Below are positions 10,601-19,777 of a DNA stretch of 64,000 nucleotides, one piece after another. How positions within the stretch are numbered: the first letter of the stretch is position 1; every line of letters begins with the position of its first letter. Under the pieces are notes generated by a model, which saw nothing but the letters and a program-made list of their open reading frames with translations, was not told where the DNA came from and ran no database searches. The translations under genes and the position numbers were made by a program. Source of the DNA: Candidatus Binatia bacterium (lineage in GTDB: Bacteria > Desulfobacterota > Binatia > Bin18); contig OY761159.2 in NCBI GenBank assembly GCA_963664395.2, positions 1,824,001 to 1,888,000 of the forward strand, read 5' to 3'.

Positions 10601-10800
10601 AACGTGTAGGTGATTTCAGAGGCAAGGCCGGACTCGGGCGGGTAATCGGCAACGATAAAGGTGAACCAGCCGGTGAGGGTCTCGTCTTGGGCTGTGGCGG
10701 GCGGAGCACTGACCGCCCACACTCCTAGCAGGAACAGGATAAGACTGAGTTTTATACTCGCAGATAGGCTGCCCGTGCACATAGGCGGCACCCATATCAC
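7672..10800 (-). CDS. Secreted metzincin metalloprotease (M6-like) with BACON domain, beta-sandwich domain and two C-terminal 150-aa repeats
   Basis: Signal-peptide-like N-terminus; HEMGHAFGLQH; Met-turn WDVMS; CSWAATSNNPWI...RTGTLTIAG (BACON-like). Start codon uncertain. Confidence 0.8.
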   Translation of the reverse strand: MIWVPPMCTGSLSASIKLSLILFLLGVWAVSAPPATAQDETLTGWFTFIVADYPPESGLASEITYTLTEDSGARYELLIDIELIQPLGGPMALNRKRVTVGGEWEEVGPDETEKFWVYSIDLAPSPSPTSPEGIFAPDLFPDEPPPPRSALPAAETDSHVRGSQAWVTILCRFADATDVTPYPVSHYEQLMGSSYPGLDHYWREISDGNINLPGSVVVGWYNLPQPQSYYEQGTRNFDTRKIEEDCTAAADADVFFPDFDGINIAFNQNFGTPNHPSSALGGSSFLTLDGQRRGWGTTWLPEWAHDNQKAWAHEMGHAFGLQHSSGPYGQDDPPSSPTTYDSDWDVMSGGEFFSYHYHPGYGGSLGVHTIAYHKDFLGWIPSARKYVAPPNSRRTITLVRLAQPDPDGYLIAQIPIGDSPTDFYTVETRLFAGYDDGIPNEAIVIHKVDTTREDRLAQVVDIDNNGNPNDEGAMWTLGDIFTDSENGIQVSVDATSSTGFQVTINTNPATFTPCSESLLSTQQLFVGHGGNARVEVVAPGECSWAATSNNPWIRITDGNSGRGSGHVSYTVATNPNLNARTGTLTIAGRPFTVLQTGVNGNLFEDDLENGANGWSSEHTPWALTIASSRSEAHALTDSPGGNYRNDQRSRSSTIWSPVIDLTEVISATLTFWHRYDFANGDRGHVLVTYRRYFSGVLRTFTGTQTTWKKTSIDLSPYIGSRIRLAFHLMFETSETADGWTIDDVAVSSSDFVTPEEIQAVLENPSSASFQSGIGVISGWACNAQAIVIELAGIPLQAAYGTVREDTRSVCGDTDNGFSLLWNWNNLGVGTHTVRALLDGVEFANTTVRVTTFGEDPFPRGLSGLFDLPNFPTSGETTVVQWEESLQNFVITDGSPAGGGGYNQVAGVSAILENPSLGSAQSGLGVISGWACEAEEIVIELDGMPLQAGYGTTREDTRSVCGDANNGFSLLWNWNNLGTGEHTVRALIDGQEFANTTVRVTTFGEEPFPRGLNGMFPVPDFPRPGETKRLRWEESLQNFVIIP
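7678..8520 (-). repeat. Intragenic tandem duplication, 450-bp period (7678-8070 and 8128-8520)
   Basis: LENPS...GVISGWAC...WNWNNLG...WEESLQNFVI occurs twice; 7791-7830 is identical to 8241-8280. Confidence 0.95.
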
Positions 10801-10899
10801 AACTGGCCTTCCCTGAGCAAAAGGGACCAGAGGTGATTACCGTTCTTGACAAATTGACGTTTGCATCCTCAAATTGTCAGCATTCTGAAGGAGGGAATT

Positions 10900-11268
10900 A
10901 TGACACAGGAAGAACGCAGTCTTGCGGTCGCTCAGGCATACGAGGATATGTACAACAACGATATCGAACGCTTTGTCTTTGAAGTCTACACGCCTGACTG
11001 CGAAGTGAATGGGGGCTTTATTCGCGGACACGAACAGTTCATCGACATTGAACAGCAGGTCCTCCAGGCCGCCCCACAGCGAAAGATGCGGGTGGACCGC
11101 AAGCACGCAAGCGGCAACGTGGTCGTGGTTGAGGCCGTGCTGCTCGACCCGGACCAAGGCGCGGACTGGAACCTGCCCTTCTGTGCCGTGCTCACCTGCC
11201 GGGACGGGAAAATCGCTACGGATTGGACCTATGCGGAATTCTCGAAGTGGCCGGGGCTCCAAATCTAG
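10900..11268 (+). CDS. SnoaL-like / NTF2 family protein
   Basis: GGAGG RBS; 122 aa; C-terminal FCAVLTCRDGKIATDWTY pattern. Confidence 0.75.
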   Translation: MTQEERSLAVAQAYEDMYNNDIERFVFEVYTPDCEVNGGFIRGHEQFIDIEQQVLQAAPQRKMRVDRKHASGNVVVVEAVLLDPDQGADWNLPFCAVLTCRDGKIATDWTYAEFSKWPGLQI

Positions 11269-11288
11269 CCGCGGTGAAGGAAGTGTGA

Positions 11289-12305
11289 ATGGATTCCAGT
11301 GACCGCTATGTCGTCGTCGGCCAGAACGGCTCGCCCTATTCCATGAAACTCCGCGCCGTCATGCGCTATCGTCGCCTGCCTTTTGACTGGGTTCTTCGGA
11401 CCGAACGTAATATGGTCGAGTTCGCTGCGGTGAAGCCCCTCCTCATGCCCATGATTCGCTTTCCCGGCGAAGAAGAGTGGAGGAGTGATTCAACGCCGAT
11501 TATCGATGCTTTGGAGCAGCGCCACCCTGGCCAGCGGTCTGTCATTCCTGACTCGCCCGGCCGTGCCTTCCTCGCTTACCTCATTGAAGACTTTGCCGAC
11601 GAATGGCTGACCAAGGCCATGTTTCATTACCGCTGGGCCTATGACGCGGACATTCAGTACGCCTCGTTCTGGATCGCCGATGACTTTTTCCCCGATCAAA
11701 AAGGAGACGCGCGCGCCGCTGCGGCCCAGCGTTTTGCCGAGCGCCAGATCGAACGCATGCCGCTCGTGGGCTGTACTCCGCAAAACGCGCCGATTATCGA
11801 GGCAACCTATACCCGCACGCTGGACCTGCTCGAAAGCCATGTCGGCCTGCACGACCACCTCTTTGGCAGTCGCCCGTCCATTGCCGACTTTGGTCTGCTG
11901 GGCCAGCTCAAAACACTGGCCACCGATCCGACGCCCCTGGCGATCATGCGCGAGCGTGCCCAACGTACCGAAAGCTGGACGCGCCAACTCGACGATGCCT
12001 CCGGTCTGGAAGGCGAGTGGTATCCCGCTCACGTCGCACTGCCCGAGGCGACGGTCGGGCTGCTGCGCCTGGCGGCAGAAACGTATCTGCCGTTTCTGGT
12101 TGCCAATGCGGCGGCGGCAGAGTACGGCGACGAGAAATTTGAAGTCAAACTGCTCGGCCAGACGTATATCCAAGCCCCGTTCGGCTATCAGCGAAAATGT
12201 CTCGCCGCGCTTCGGAAGCGATTTGCCGCGCTGAACGCTACCGGTCTGGACGAGATTGGTCCGCTATTGGAAGAGACGGGCTGCCTACCATACCTCAGTC
12301 ATTGA
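11289..12305 (+). CDS. Glutathione S-transferase domain protein
   Basis: SPYSMKLRAVMRY, DSTPII, EDFADEW, FGSRPSIADF. Confidence 0.85.
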   Translation: MDSSDRYVVVGQNGSPYSMKLRAVMRYRRLPFDWVLRTERNMVEFAAVKPLLMPMIRFPGEEEWRSDSTPIIDALEQRHPGQRSVIPDSPGRAFLAYLIEDFADEWLTKAMFHYRWAYDADIQYASFWIADDFFPDQKGDARAAAAQRFAERQIERMPLVGCTPQNAPIIEATYTRTLDLLESHVGLHDHLFGSRPSIADFGLLGQLKTLATDPTPLAIMRERAQRTESWTRQLDDASGLEGEWYPAHVALPEATVGLLRLAAETYLPFLVANAAAAEYGDEKFEVKLLGQTYIQAPFGYQRKCLAALRKRFAALNATGLDEIGPLLEETGCLPYLSH

Positions 12306-12337
12306 GGGAGCCCGCAGGGCGACCCGCCCAGATCTGT

Positions 12338-12898
12338 TTACTCTTTATCACACTGACAGATGACATAGTAACACTTCTCGCACAGCTTCATCGGACGCAG
12401 CCCCGGATGGGAGATGCTCTGCCTGCTGTCCACAAACTGGGTCGCCGCCTCCAGGTCTATGTCCATCAGCGGTCGCTTGGCGCACTGGACGCAGCCCTTG
12501 GTGCGGGTGTTGTTTTCGATACACCAGCGCAGCAGAACCGTGGAGCGACAGCCAATGGTCCGGGACGACTCCATCCCGAAAAAATGAAACCCGGTGCCCT
12601 GACGATTGGTGACATAATCCAGCCGCGTTCCCTGGAGGTGCTGGGCGCTGGGCGGGTCGAGGAAGGCTTTAACCCCGTCCTGCACGACCACCGCATCGTC
12701 CACCTGCGCGGTCCGCTCCAGGTTTAGGCTGTACTGGAAGCCTTTGCAGCCGCTGCCTGCGACCGTCATCCGAATACCGCCGTCCCGTAGGCCCTTCAGC
12801 CGCATGGTGTGCTTAATCATCTCGACCGCTTTAGCGGTAAAGGCGAGCAATGGCTCGGCTGTCCGGTCCGAGCTTTCGGTCTGTAGACCCTGCTCCAT
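12338..12898 (-). CDS. HesB/IscA-like Fe-S assembly accessory protein with atypical Cys-rich C-terminal extension
   Basis: FTAKAVE, GSGCKGFQYSL, DPPSAQHLQGTRLDY; CGCG motif replaced by IGCR. Confidence 0.75.
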   Translation of the reverse strand: MEQGLQTESSDRTAEPLLAFTAKAVEMIKHTMRLKGLRDGGIRMTVAGSGCKGFQYSLNLERTAQVDDAVVVQDGVKAFLDPPSAQHLQGTRLDYVTNRQGTGFHFFGMESSRTIGCRSTVLLRWCIENNTRTKGCVQCAKRPLMDIDLEAATQFVDSRQSISHPGLRPMKLCEKCYYVICQCDKE

Positions 12899-13010
12899 AT
12901 TCCCCCCTTTGCGTGCAGCCTCTCTGCAAGCCCTTAGCGTGCTAACGCGCCGGCTGTCAATCTTCAGGACGGTCTGCTCTGCCCGAGCGCTGCTTCTCCC
13001 TTTCTTCTCG

Positions 13011-13307
13011 GCGCACGAAGCGATTGCCTGTCATCTTGAAGGGCTGCTGATGAACGGAGAAACGATTCCCGAGCAAGCGCCGCTCGAAGCCCACCGCGCC
13101 CACAAGGAACACAGAGGCGGAACCTGGGCCCTGGTGTCGATTGATATCTCGAAGCTGTCGAGCCAAACCAAACGAGTGAACATCACCATACCGGCACGGG
13201 TGCTGGCGATCGTGGACGAAGCTGCCGCCCGTGAAGGAGAAACGCGCTCGGGCTTTCTCGCTCGCGCGGCGCTCAGCTACGTGGAACGGCATGCGTTCAA
13301 ACCCTGA
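13011..13307 (+). pseudogene. 5'-truncated HicB-family antitoxin
   Basis: AHEAIACHLEG...RVNITIP...VDEAAAREGETRSGFLARAA (RHH tail); no HicB N-terminus, start or hicA. Confidence 0.75.
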
Positions 13308-13369
13308 CTTTCCTCCGACCTCTTGAAATCGGCGCCCCCCGCCACTCCGTCTCTCGCCGTCTCAAATCG

Positions 13370-15592
13370 TCAGGGCCGAGGCTCATGGGACGAGAAACGA
13401 CGCAGCACATTCCCCGTAATACGCGAGACTGTGTTGTCATAGTTGTTGTGAGACAGCGCTCCGCACCAGGCAATCGAGCCTGTTGAGAAAACGGCGCCGC
13501 CGTTTGGATATTCAAAGTAGACCATATCGGACCGCACCTTGCGATTGACACTGCCGCCTTGCTGAGAATCGCTCATCAGAACTTCCTCAATCACATGCTG
13601 ATACGAGTCGGAGTGCCCAAACGAAGTAGCCAGAACAAGCGCGTGGTCCGGGGTTCCCAGGGTAGTATCCGCACGGTCGAGCTCAAAGCCTGCCGCTCCG
13701 TGGTGTAAGACCAGGGAATCGAAGTCGCCGATCATCTCTTGTTCGCCAACGCCTTCAAAAATGAATGCCGCACGGGGGTCAGTGCTGTCCGTCTGACGAC
13801 GATAGGGCGCGCTCGTGTCAAAACCTTGCGAGATAAACCCAACGCCGACTAAGCGTTGGGGCGCTTTGCCTCGGGTGCGCCACATCCCCCCAGGTTCCCC
13901 AGTCGTACTGAGATGATGTTCTCCAGGCTTGGCATCCCAGCTGCGGGTTCCACCCCAGCGCCGGACTTCCACTACATGCGGCCGTTCTGGGTCAAACGCC
14001 GTCACCCAATAAAAGCCATTGCCACCCAGATACATCAGCCGCCCACCCCGTTGCAGATAGGCTTCCAACGCGGTCAGCATAGGGCCGGACCAATACTCCG
14101 GGTGACTGCCGGTGATGATGACTTTATAGGGCGAAAGAAGATCAACACCTTCAAAATGCAGGTTCTCATCTGTGATCACATCACAAGGCTGATCCTGCTG
14201 TTCCAACCAATCGATGAGGTGTAAATCAGCCGGGAATTGATGCGGACAGTTGAGGGCACGCATGTGATAGCGCGGTCGCATATTGAGAATCGGTCGCAGC
14301 CGCGTCGAGTAACACACCCCACTGCCATCAGTATGATGGTCGTACAGACTCAGTAAGCCATTCTCTATCGCATATTGATCGTCGGGCGAGGGAGCGCCCT
14401 GCTTTTGATTGGGAAATAGCTCCGGCGGCAGGTCGGTGAGTTGTTCGTTGGCATAGGCCAGATAGCTATTAGTCGGAGCGAGGAAGGCGATGCTGGCAGA
14501 CGCCGCGCCTTTAGGAGGCCGGACAAAGAAGGGGATATGATCTTCGCTGTCCCCAGCTCTGAGGCGCGCCGCATAGACGCCGCTCTTCAATTGCGCGGGC
14601 AGCGTCCATTCAAAGTCTACCTGCCAGCGTGCGTCATCCAGATCATCAGCATGAAAATGAATCGCGCCATACTCAGGCAAGGCATTCCGGAAATCCGTCT
14701 CCTGCCCGCTCCAGTTATAGCCGGTCATTGCCCGAGCCGGCATGTTGATGGTTTGCCCGTGCAAGCCGTGCGGCGAGGTGTCAGACACTTTTTGTGAAGA
14801 AATATCTTTGGAGAACTCCCAGGCGGCGGCAAGCGCATCGCCAAAGGCCAGCGGATCGGCGCCTCTCTGCAACGACACAAGCTCTGCCTGACTGAGCGCC
14901 CGGTTGAACACGCGTGGCCGGTCGATCTTGCCGTTGAAATGGCTGCTGATACGCGGGGCGCCGTCCTCTTCAGCCTGCCCCATGCCGGCCATCACAAAAA
15001 CCGTGTCGTTTGCCTGAACCGTTTTGATCTGGGTTGATGCTTCTACAGTGGTCTCATCACCCGGCCACGCCCGTACCGGCTCTTGATACAGACACACCCT
15101 GGAACCATACGCATCATACGTTGCCGCCACAAAATACCACTCTGCAGGACGGAGCGGTGAGGTCAGTCTGACTTTTTCAGTCCGGCCGTCTTGATCGCTC
15201 AGCCAGAGGGCCAGCACTCCGCTTGCGTCAATGCAGAGTCCATACCCCCCTCCTTCGGCCCCCCACTTGGACAGGAGACCCTGTACGCCTTTTTGGGGGG
15301 TAGTGGGATAGATCCAGGCTTGCAAGGTAAAGCCATACGGCATCCGCAGGACGGGAGTATCCGGCACGACCACGTGAGACCCGGTATGGATCTCCTGCTG
15401 ACGGCCCGGATATTCCTGACTCACTGGCGTAGAGATAAATGCTTCCTTAAAGCCCGGGCCCTTGGGGTTGGGGTCGCCGTGGATCAAGCGTACAATGTCC
15501 GCCTGGTAGGTGGGCTGTTGACAGCTCACATAAAAGCGCAGGGTTTCCCCTGGCGCGACGCTGAGTCGATCAGCATAGCCAACAACTTCCAT
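13370..15592 (-). CDS. N,N-dimethylformamidase large-subunit family protein with LamG-like insert
   Basis: GYADRLSV.PGE, YGAIHFH.DD, SYLAYAN, HPEYWS, YLGGNGFYW, GGAVFSTGSI.W. Confidence 0.88.
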   Translation of the reverse strand: MEVVGYADRLSVAPGETLRFYVSCQQPTYQADIVRLIHGDPNPKGPGFKEAFISTPVSQEYPGRQQEIHTGSHVVVPDTPVLRMPYGFTLQAWIYPTTPQKGVQGLLSKWGAEGGGYGLCIDASGVLALWLSDQDGRTEKVRLTSPLRPAEWYFVAATYDAYGSRVCLYQEPVRAWPGDETTVEASTQIKTVQANDTVFVMAGMGQAEEDGAPRISSHFNGKIDRPRVFNRALSQAELVSLQRGADPLAFGDALAAAWEFSKDISSQKVSDTSPHGLHGQTINMPARAMTGYNWSGQETDFRNALPEYGAIHFHADDLDDARWQVDFEWTLPAQLKSGVYAARLRAGDSEDHIPFFVRPPKGAASASIAFLAPTNSYLAYANEQLTDLPPELFPNQKQGAPSPDDQYAIENGLLSLYDHHTDGSGVCYSTRLRPILNMRPRYHMRALNCPHQFPADLHLIDWLEQQDQPCDVITDENLHFEGVDLLSPYKVIITGSHPEYWSGPMLTALEAYLQRGGRLMYLGGNGFYWVTAFDPERPHVVEVRRWGGTRSWDAKPGEHHLSTTGEPGGMWRTRGKAPQRLVGVGFISQGFDTSAPYRRQTDSTDPRAAFIFEGVGEQEMIGDFDSLVLHHGAAGFELDRADTTLGTPDHALVLATSFGHSDSYQHVIEEVLMSDSQQGGSVNRKVRSDMVYFEYPNGGAVFSTGSIAWCGALSHNNYDNTVSRITGNVLRRFSSHEPRP

Positions 15593-15628
15593 ATCTCCCC
15601 TCCTTCCTATCTATACGGAACGGACAGG

Positions 15629-16249
15629 CTAATGCCCGAGTCCTGGAATTTCTTCCAAATGCGGCAAGGGGCGGCCAATCACATCGGAGAACAAGGTCAG
15701 GACACGTAAGGTGATACCCCAGATCATCTGGTTCTGAAAACGGATCGCCGGATAGTACAGCGTCTTGCCGTCCGCGGACAATTTCAGGTGGGTGGCGTTC
15801 CCGACCTCCCAGGGATGCGCCAGCGGCATCCAGTAGGCTTCAGCGACCTCGTGATTCAGCGTCAAGGCCGGGATGGCCAGCCCCAGGTAATAAACCGAAG
15901 GGAACAGGGCTAAGGGCTGGTCCCGTCCGCTCAGCCAGATGGCGAGTGGGGCGAGCGAACCCAGACGGTGGGCCGGGTCTAGGCGCAGACCCACTTCTTC
16001 GTGCGTTTCGCGCTCGGCCGTGACGCGAAGGTCGGCATCTCCGGGAGAAAAGCGTCCACCCGGAAGGGCCATATGGCCCGACCATGGGTCACCCGATTTT
16101 TTAGCCCGCCGGATCATACACAGTTTTAGGTTGTCTTCCTGTCCCACGAGTATCATGGCTACAGCAGCACAGCCGCGATGGCCGTCGAAACGACTCGGCG
16201 TGGGCTGATGGGCGGTCAGGGCGTTCCGGATTGCTTCAACGCTCAACAC
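15629..16249 (-). CDS. Nudix hydrolase, CoA-pyrophosphatase type
   Basis: WSGHMALPGG, Nudix box AERETHEEVG, IWGIT. Confidence 0.88.
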   Translation of the reverse strand: MLSVEAIRNALTAHQPTPSRFDGHRGCAAVAMILVGQEDNLKLCMIRRAKKSGDPWSGHMALPGGRFSPGDADLRVTAERETHEEVGLRLDPAHRLGSLAPLAIWLSGRDQPLALFPSVYYLGLAIPALTLNHEVAEAYWMPLAHPWEVGNATHLKLSADGKTLYYPAIRFQNQMIWGITLRVLTLFSDVIGRPLPHLEEIPGLGH

Positions 16250-16279
16250 AACGGACCTCCAGGGCTGTGCATCATCAGC

Positions 16280-17281
16280 CTAGAACAGTGCCAGCGGATT
16301 GAGCGGCGAGCCCGTTCCGCCAGGGACCCGCAAGGGCGCGGCCACAAAGAGAAAGGTCCAGCGCTTGCGCGCTTGCGCTTCGCGGGCCAGATCTTCGAGG
16401 TTCAGATTATCCAGCAGCGGCATACCCAGGGCGACCACGGCCAGCCGGTGAATCGGAAACGGCATGCCCTCGATCCCGGAGGGGAAGACTTCATTCGTGC
16501 CGTCAGAACCAACCGTCGCCACGTCGCGCGCCTTGAGCCAGGGGACGACCGCAGCGTGCAGGCCCGCGGCCCGCTCGGTGAAGTTCCAGGAGCCGACCTC
16601 GTGGTGCCGTTTGTACAGCCCAGTGCGCACCAGCAGCACATCGCCGCTCGCTATGTGGATACCGGTTTTTCGTTCCCAGGCTTCCAGGTCTTCGACGCGG
16701 ACCGCTGTACCCGGTTCGAGATAGGATACGTCTTTCAGCCAAGGGACATCCACCAGGACTCCCCGCGTAAAGATGCCCTGTTTCATAGCCTGCACGCCGA
16801 GCTGCTCCGCGCCGTCGGGTTTCACCGCCGAGCGCGGGAAACCGTTATACATCTTGCCTTGATGGAAAATATGACACAGCGCGTCCACATGCGAATGGGC
16901 AAAGCCATGATAACGGATCGTATAGGTATCCTCAGCAAAGACGCCGCCGTCATTCTCATGCACCCGGAGGCTGTGCTCAAGCGGAAACTCATTATTCGTG
17001 CTGGCCTCTTTCGCCAGGTCAAAGGCCAGAGAAACCGAGACGCCCTCGGTCACCAGCCCGGCCGCCTGACGCCGCTTCTCGGGGGTAATCAGATTGAGCG
17101 TGCCGAGTTCATCGTCTTTTCCCCAGCGTCCCCAATTTGAGAGTGTAGACATCCACTGCTCAAGCGTCGCTGCCGTGAGCTGAGGGAGCGCGTCTGTGGC
17201 GTGAGCAACACGCGGACGTGCCAGCATAAAAGCAGCCACCAGGATCATGCTCACCGGCAATACCAAGGCTCGGTATCTCAT
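16280..17281 (-). CDS. Cyclase / kynurenine formamidase family metal hydrolase with signal peptide
   Basis: NWGRWG.DDELGTLN, HGFAHSHVDA, GDVLLVRTG, GTGSPLNP. Confidence 0.87.
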   Translation of the reverse strand: MRYRALVLPVSMILVAAFMLARPRVAHATDALPQLTAATLEQWMSTLSNWGRWGKDDELGTLNLITPEKRRQAAGLVTEGVSVSLAFDLAKEASTNNEFPLEHSLRVHENDGGVFAEDTYTIRYHGFAHSHVDALCHIFHQGKMYNGFPRSAVKPDGAEQLGVQAMKQGIFTRGVLVDVPWLKDVSYLEPGTAVRVEDLEAWERKTGIHIASGDVLLVRTGLYKRHHEVGSWNFTERAAGLHAAVVPWLKARDVATVGSDGTNEVFPSGIEGMPFPIHRLAVVALGMPLLDNLNLEDLAREAQARKRWTFLFVAAPLRVPGGTGSPLNPLALF

Positions 17282-17469
17282 AGCCCCCTCCTCGGCGGTT
17301 CAGTCCTACTGCTGGCATGTGTACGCGGGATGAGACTGAAGAGCAAGACAAGATAGGAACGTACGCGGCGGAATCCGACGCCGGGAGAGTCTTTTGCAGC
17401 GGCCCGGCCACGGGTAAGCTGTCCCGGTATGGACGGGATGGATGCGAGGGACAAAAGGAGTCAGAAAAC

Positions 17470-18267
17470 ATGACACGCCTGAGCAAGCTGAGTCGATCAA
17501 TCACAGGAAAAATCGCGTTGGTGACCGGAGCCGCCAGCGGCATGGGACGGGCAACCGCCCATCTCTTTGCCGACGAAGAGGCCCAGGTTGCCGTATTGGA
17601 CAGAAACGCGGAAGGCGTTGCCCGCGTCGTCGAGGAGATTACCCAAGCCGGCGGTACGGCCACAGGCTGGACCCTGGACCTCGCCAACGCTGCGGAGATC
17701 GAACCGACGCTGGCCCGGATTGTCGAACATTTCGGCGGGCTCGACATTCTGGTCAACAATGCCGGTATCGATGCCTCTGCCCGTATTCAGAGCAGCAAAT
17801 ACGAAGAGGTCTGGGAGCGCTGTTTCAGCGTGAATCTGACGGCCCACCAGCGTCTCATTCGCGCTGCGCTGCCCTATCTCACAAAAAGCGGGGCCGGACG
17901 GATCGTGAATATTGCTTCGACCGAAGCGGTCGGCGGCAGCGCCTTTGCCAGTCCCTATACCGCAGCGAAACACGGCGTTGTGGGCTTGACCCGGGCGCTG
18001 GCAGTCGAGTTGGCCACCCAGGGCGTCACGGTCAACTGCATTTGTCCGGGCGCGATTCATACCGGCCTGACCGCCACCATCCCGGAGAAAGCAAAAGACA
18101 TCTTCGCCCGCCGGCGCGTGCCGCTCAAACGCTACGGCGACCCGGAAGAAGTCGCCCACGCGACGCTGAGCCTCGTCCTGCCGGCAGCGTCGTACATCAA
18201 TGGAGCCACGCTGGTTGTTGACGGAGGCTTTACGATTCAAAATAACGGTGGTGCGTTGAGTCGTTGA
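17470..18267 (+). CDS. SDR family oxidoreductase
   Basis: TGAASGMG, NNAG, YTAAK; AGGAG RBS upstream of ATG 17470. Confidence 0.9.
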   Translation: MTRLSKLSRSITGKIALVTGAASGMGRATAHLFADEEAQVAVLDRNAEGVARVVEEITQAGGTATGWTLDLANAAEIEPTLARIVEHFGGLDILVNNAGIDASARIQSSKYEEVWERCFSVNLTAHQRLIRAALPYLTKSGAGRIVNIASTEAVGGSAFASPYTAAKHGVVGLTRALAVELATQGVTVNCICPGAIHTGLTATIPEKAKDIFARRRVPLKRYGDPEEVAHATLSLVLPAASYINGATLVVDGGFTIQNNGGALSR

Positions 18268-18288
18268 AGCGGTCCGCGCCGCAGTTGA

Positions 18289-19620
18289 CTATTTCCCTTG
18301 CCCTGCACGCGCCCGTCGCGCAGCCAGCCGCTTCACCTGGCCGGCCACCACGCGCACCTTGCGCGGGCTGGCGAGCCACATGCTGCCGATTGAGACAAAA
18401 GCGAAGAGCATGGCGATCCGGAAGGCAGTTGTATAACTCCCAGTTTGGTCGAAGAGCAGGCCGGTCACCCAGGGTCCGGTCCCGCCGCCCAGACTACCGG
18501 CAATCGTCAGCGTGCCGTAGATACGACCGTACTGTTTGCCCTGAAATATCTCAGCCGGAATAGCACCGAACACCGAGACCGTGCCGTAGCCCAACATGCC
18601 TTGGGCCGTCACCATCGCATATAACAGAACGAGGCTCGGCTGCTCGGGCATGCCCAGTAATATGACGTAGCACAGGACAAAGCCCATCATACTGATGGTC
18701 CAGACCCACTCGCGTCCGATCCGGTCGGAGAGCATACCCAGCCCAATCTGACCGCCGCACGCAGTCAGCCCAACCAGCCCGAGGGCAAAGGCCGCTCTTT
18801 CCGGCGAAAAGCCACTATCAGTGAGATATTTGGTTTGGTGCACCTGGATGGCATACCAGGCGTACAAACTGCTGAAAAAAGAGACGCCCAACCACCAGAA
18901 ACGGGAGGTGCGCATGGCGCGGGCCAGGGTCCAGTCCGTCGCGGCCCAGGCATGGTCCACGACATTGTCAGCCGGGCGCTGCCCACCGTGAGCGCTGCTT
19001 GGGGCGATATCTCCGTCGGGCGCTAAGCCGAGATCCTCGGGCCGGCGGCGTTGCAGGATCATGTTTAACGGCAATACGATCACTACCAGGAGCCCCGCCA
19101 CGACCCAACACGCCTCCCGCCAGCCGGTCTGGTCAATAATGCGCTGGATCCACGGAAAGAGAATGATGGAGCCGACGCCCACGCCGGAAAAGGCAAGCCC
19201 CAGGGCCAGCCCGCGGCGGCGCACAAACCAGTAGGGTAAAAACAGGGAGTGACCGAGATAGCTGATAGACGTACTCGCGCCGCCGACCAGGATGCCAAAG
19301 GCCAGATACAGGTGCCACGGCTGAGAAACAAAGGTGATCGCGACCATGCCGCTGCTCACCACAACCGCGCCCAGCGGGATGACCACGCGCGGCCCCCAGC
19401 GATCCATGAGCATGCCGACCATGGGAGCGTACACGGTTGCCGCCAGAAAACCGCAGGAAAACGCCGCGGCCGTACTGCCCCGGTCCCAACCGAACTCCGC
19501 CAGAATGGGCGGAAACAGTAAGGAGAAAGTTGTGCGCGTATTCACGCCGATAGCCAGGGTGACAAAGGCCACGGCCACGACCGCCCAGCCATAATAAAAG
19601 GGAAATTCTTTTCGCTGCAT
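18289..19620 (-). CDS. MFS transporter
   Basis: FYYGW N-terminus, DRWGPR and SDRIGR loop motifs, about 12 hydrophobic segments. Confidence 0.9.
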   Translation of the reverse strand: MQRKEFPFYYGWAVVAVAFVTLAIGVNTRTTFSLLFPPILAEFGWDRGSTAAAFSCGFLAATVYAPMVGMLMDRWGPRVVIPLGAVVVSSGMVAITFVSQPWHLYLAFGILVGGASTSISYLGHSLFLPYWFVRRRGLALGLAFSGVGVGSIILFPWIQRIIDQTGWREACWVVAGLLVVIVLPLNMILQRRRPEDLGLAPDGDIAPSSAHGGQRPADNVVDHAWAATDWTLARAMRTSRFWWLGVSFFSSLYAWYAIQVHQTKYLTDSGFSPERAAFALGLVGLTACGGQIGLGMLSDRIGREWVWTISMMGFVLCYVILLGMPEQPSLVLLYAMVTAQGMLGYGTVSVFGAIPAEIFQGKQYGRIYGTLTIAGSLGGGTGPWVTGLLFDQTGSYTTAFRIAMLFAFVSIGSMWLASPRKVRVVAGQVKRLAARRARAGQGK

Positions 19621-19777
19621 CGGATATCGTCGTGACGGAAGAGTAAGCGCGCACCTTACACAAAGTCGACGGCTTTGTCTGTGGCCGACCCGCCCGTTGT
19701 CTTCCGCCCTCGGAGCGATTACCCTCCTGCCATCACGCTGATATTCACGTGAGCGGCCACACACAAGGAGGGAGCGT

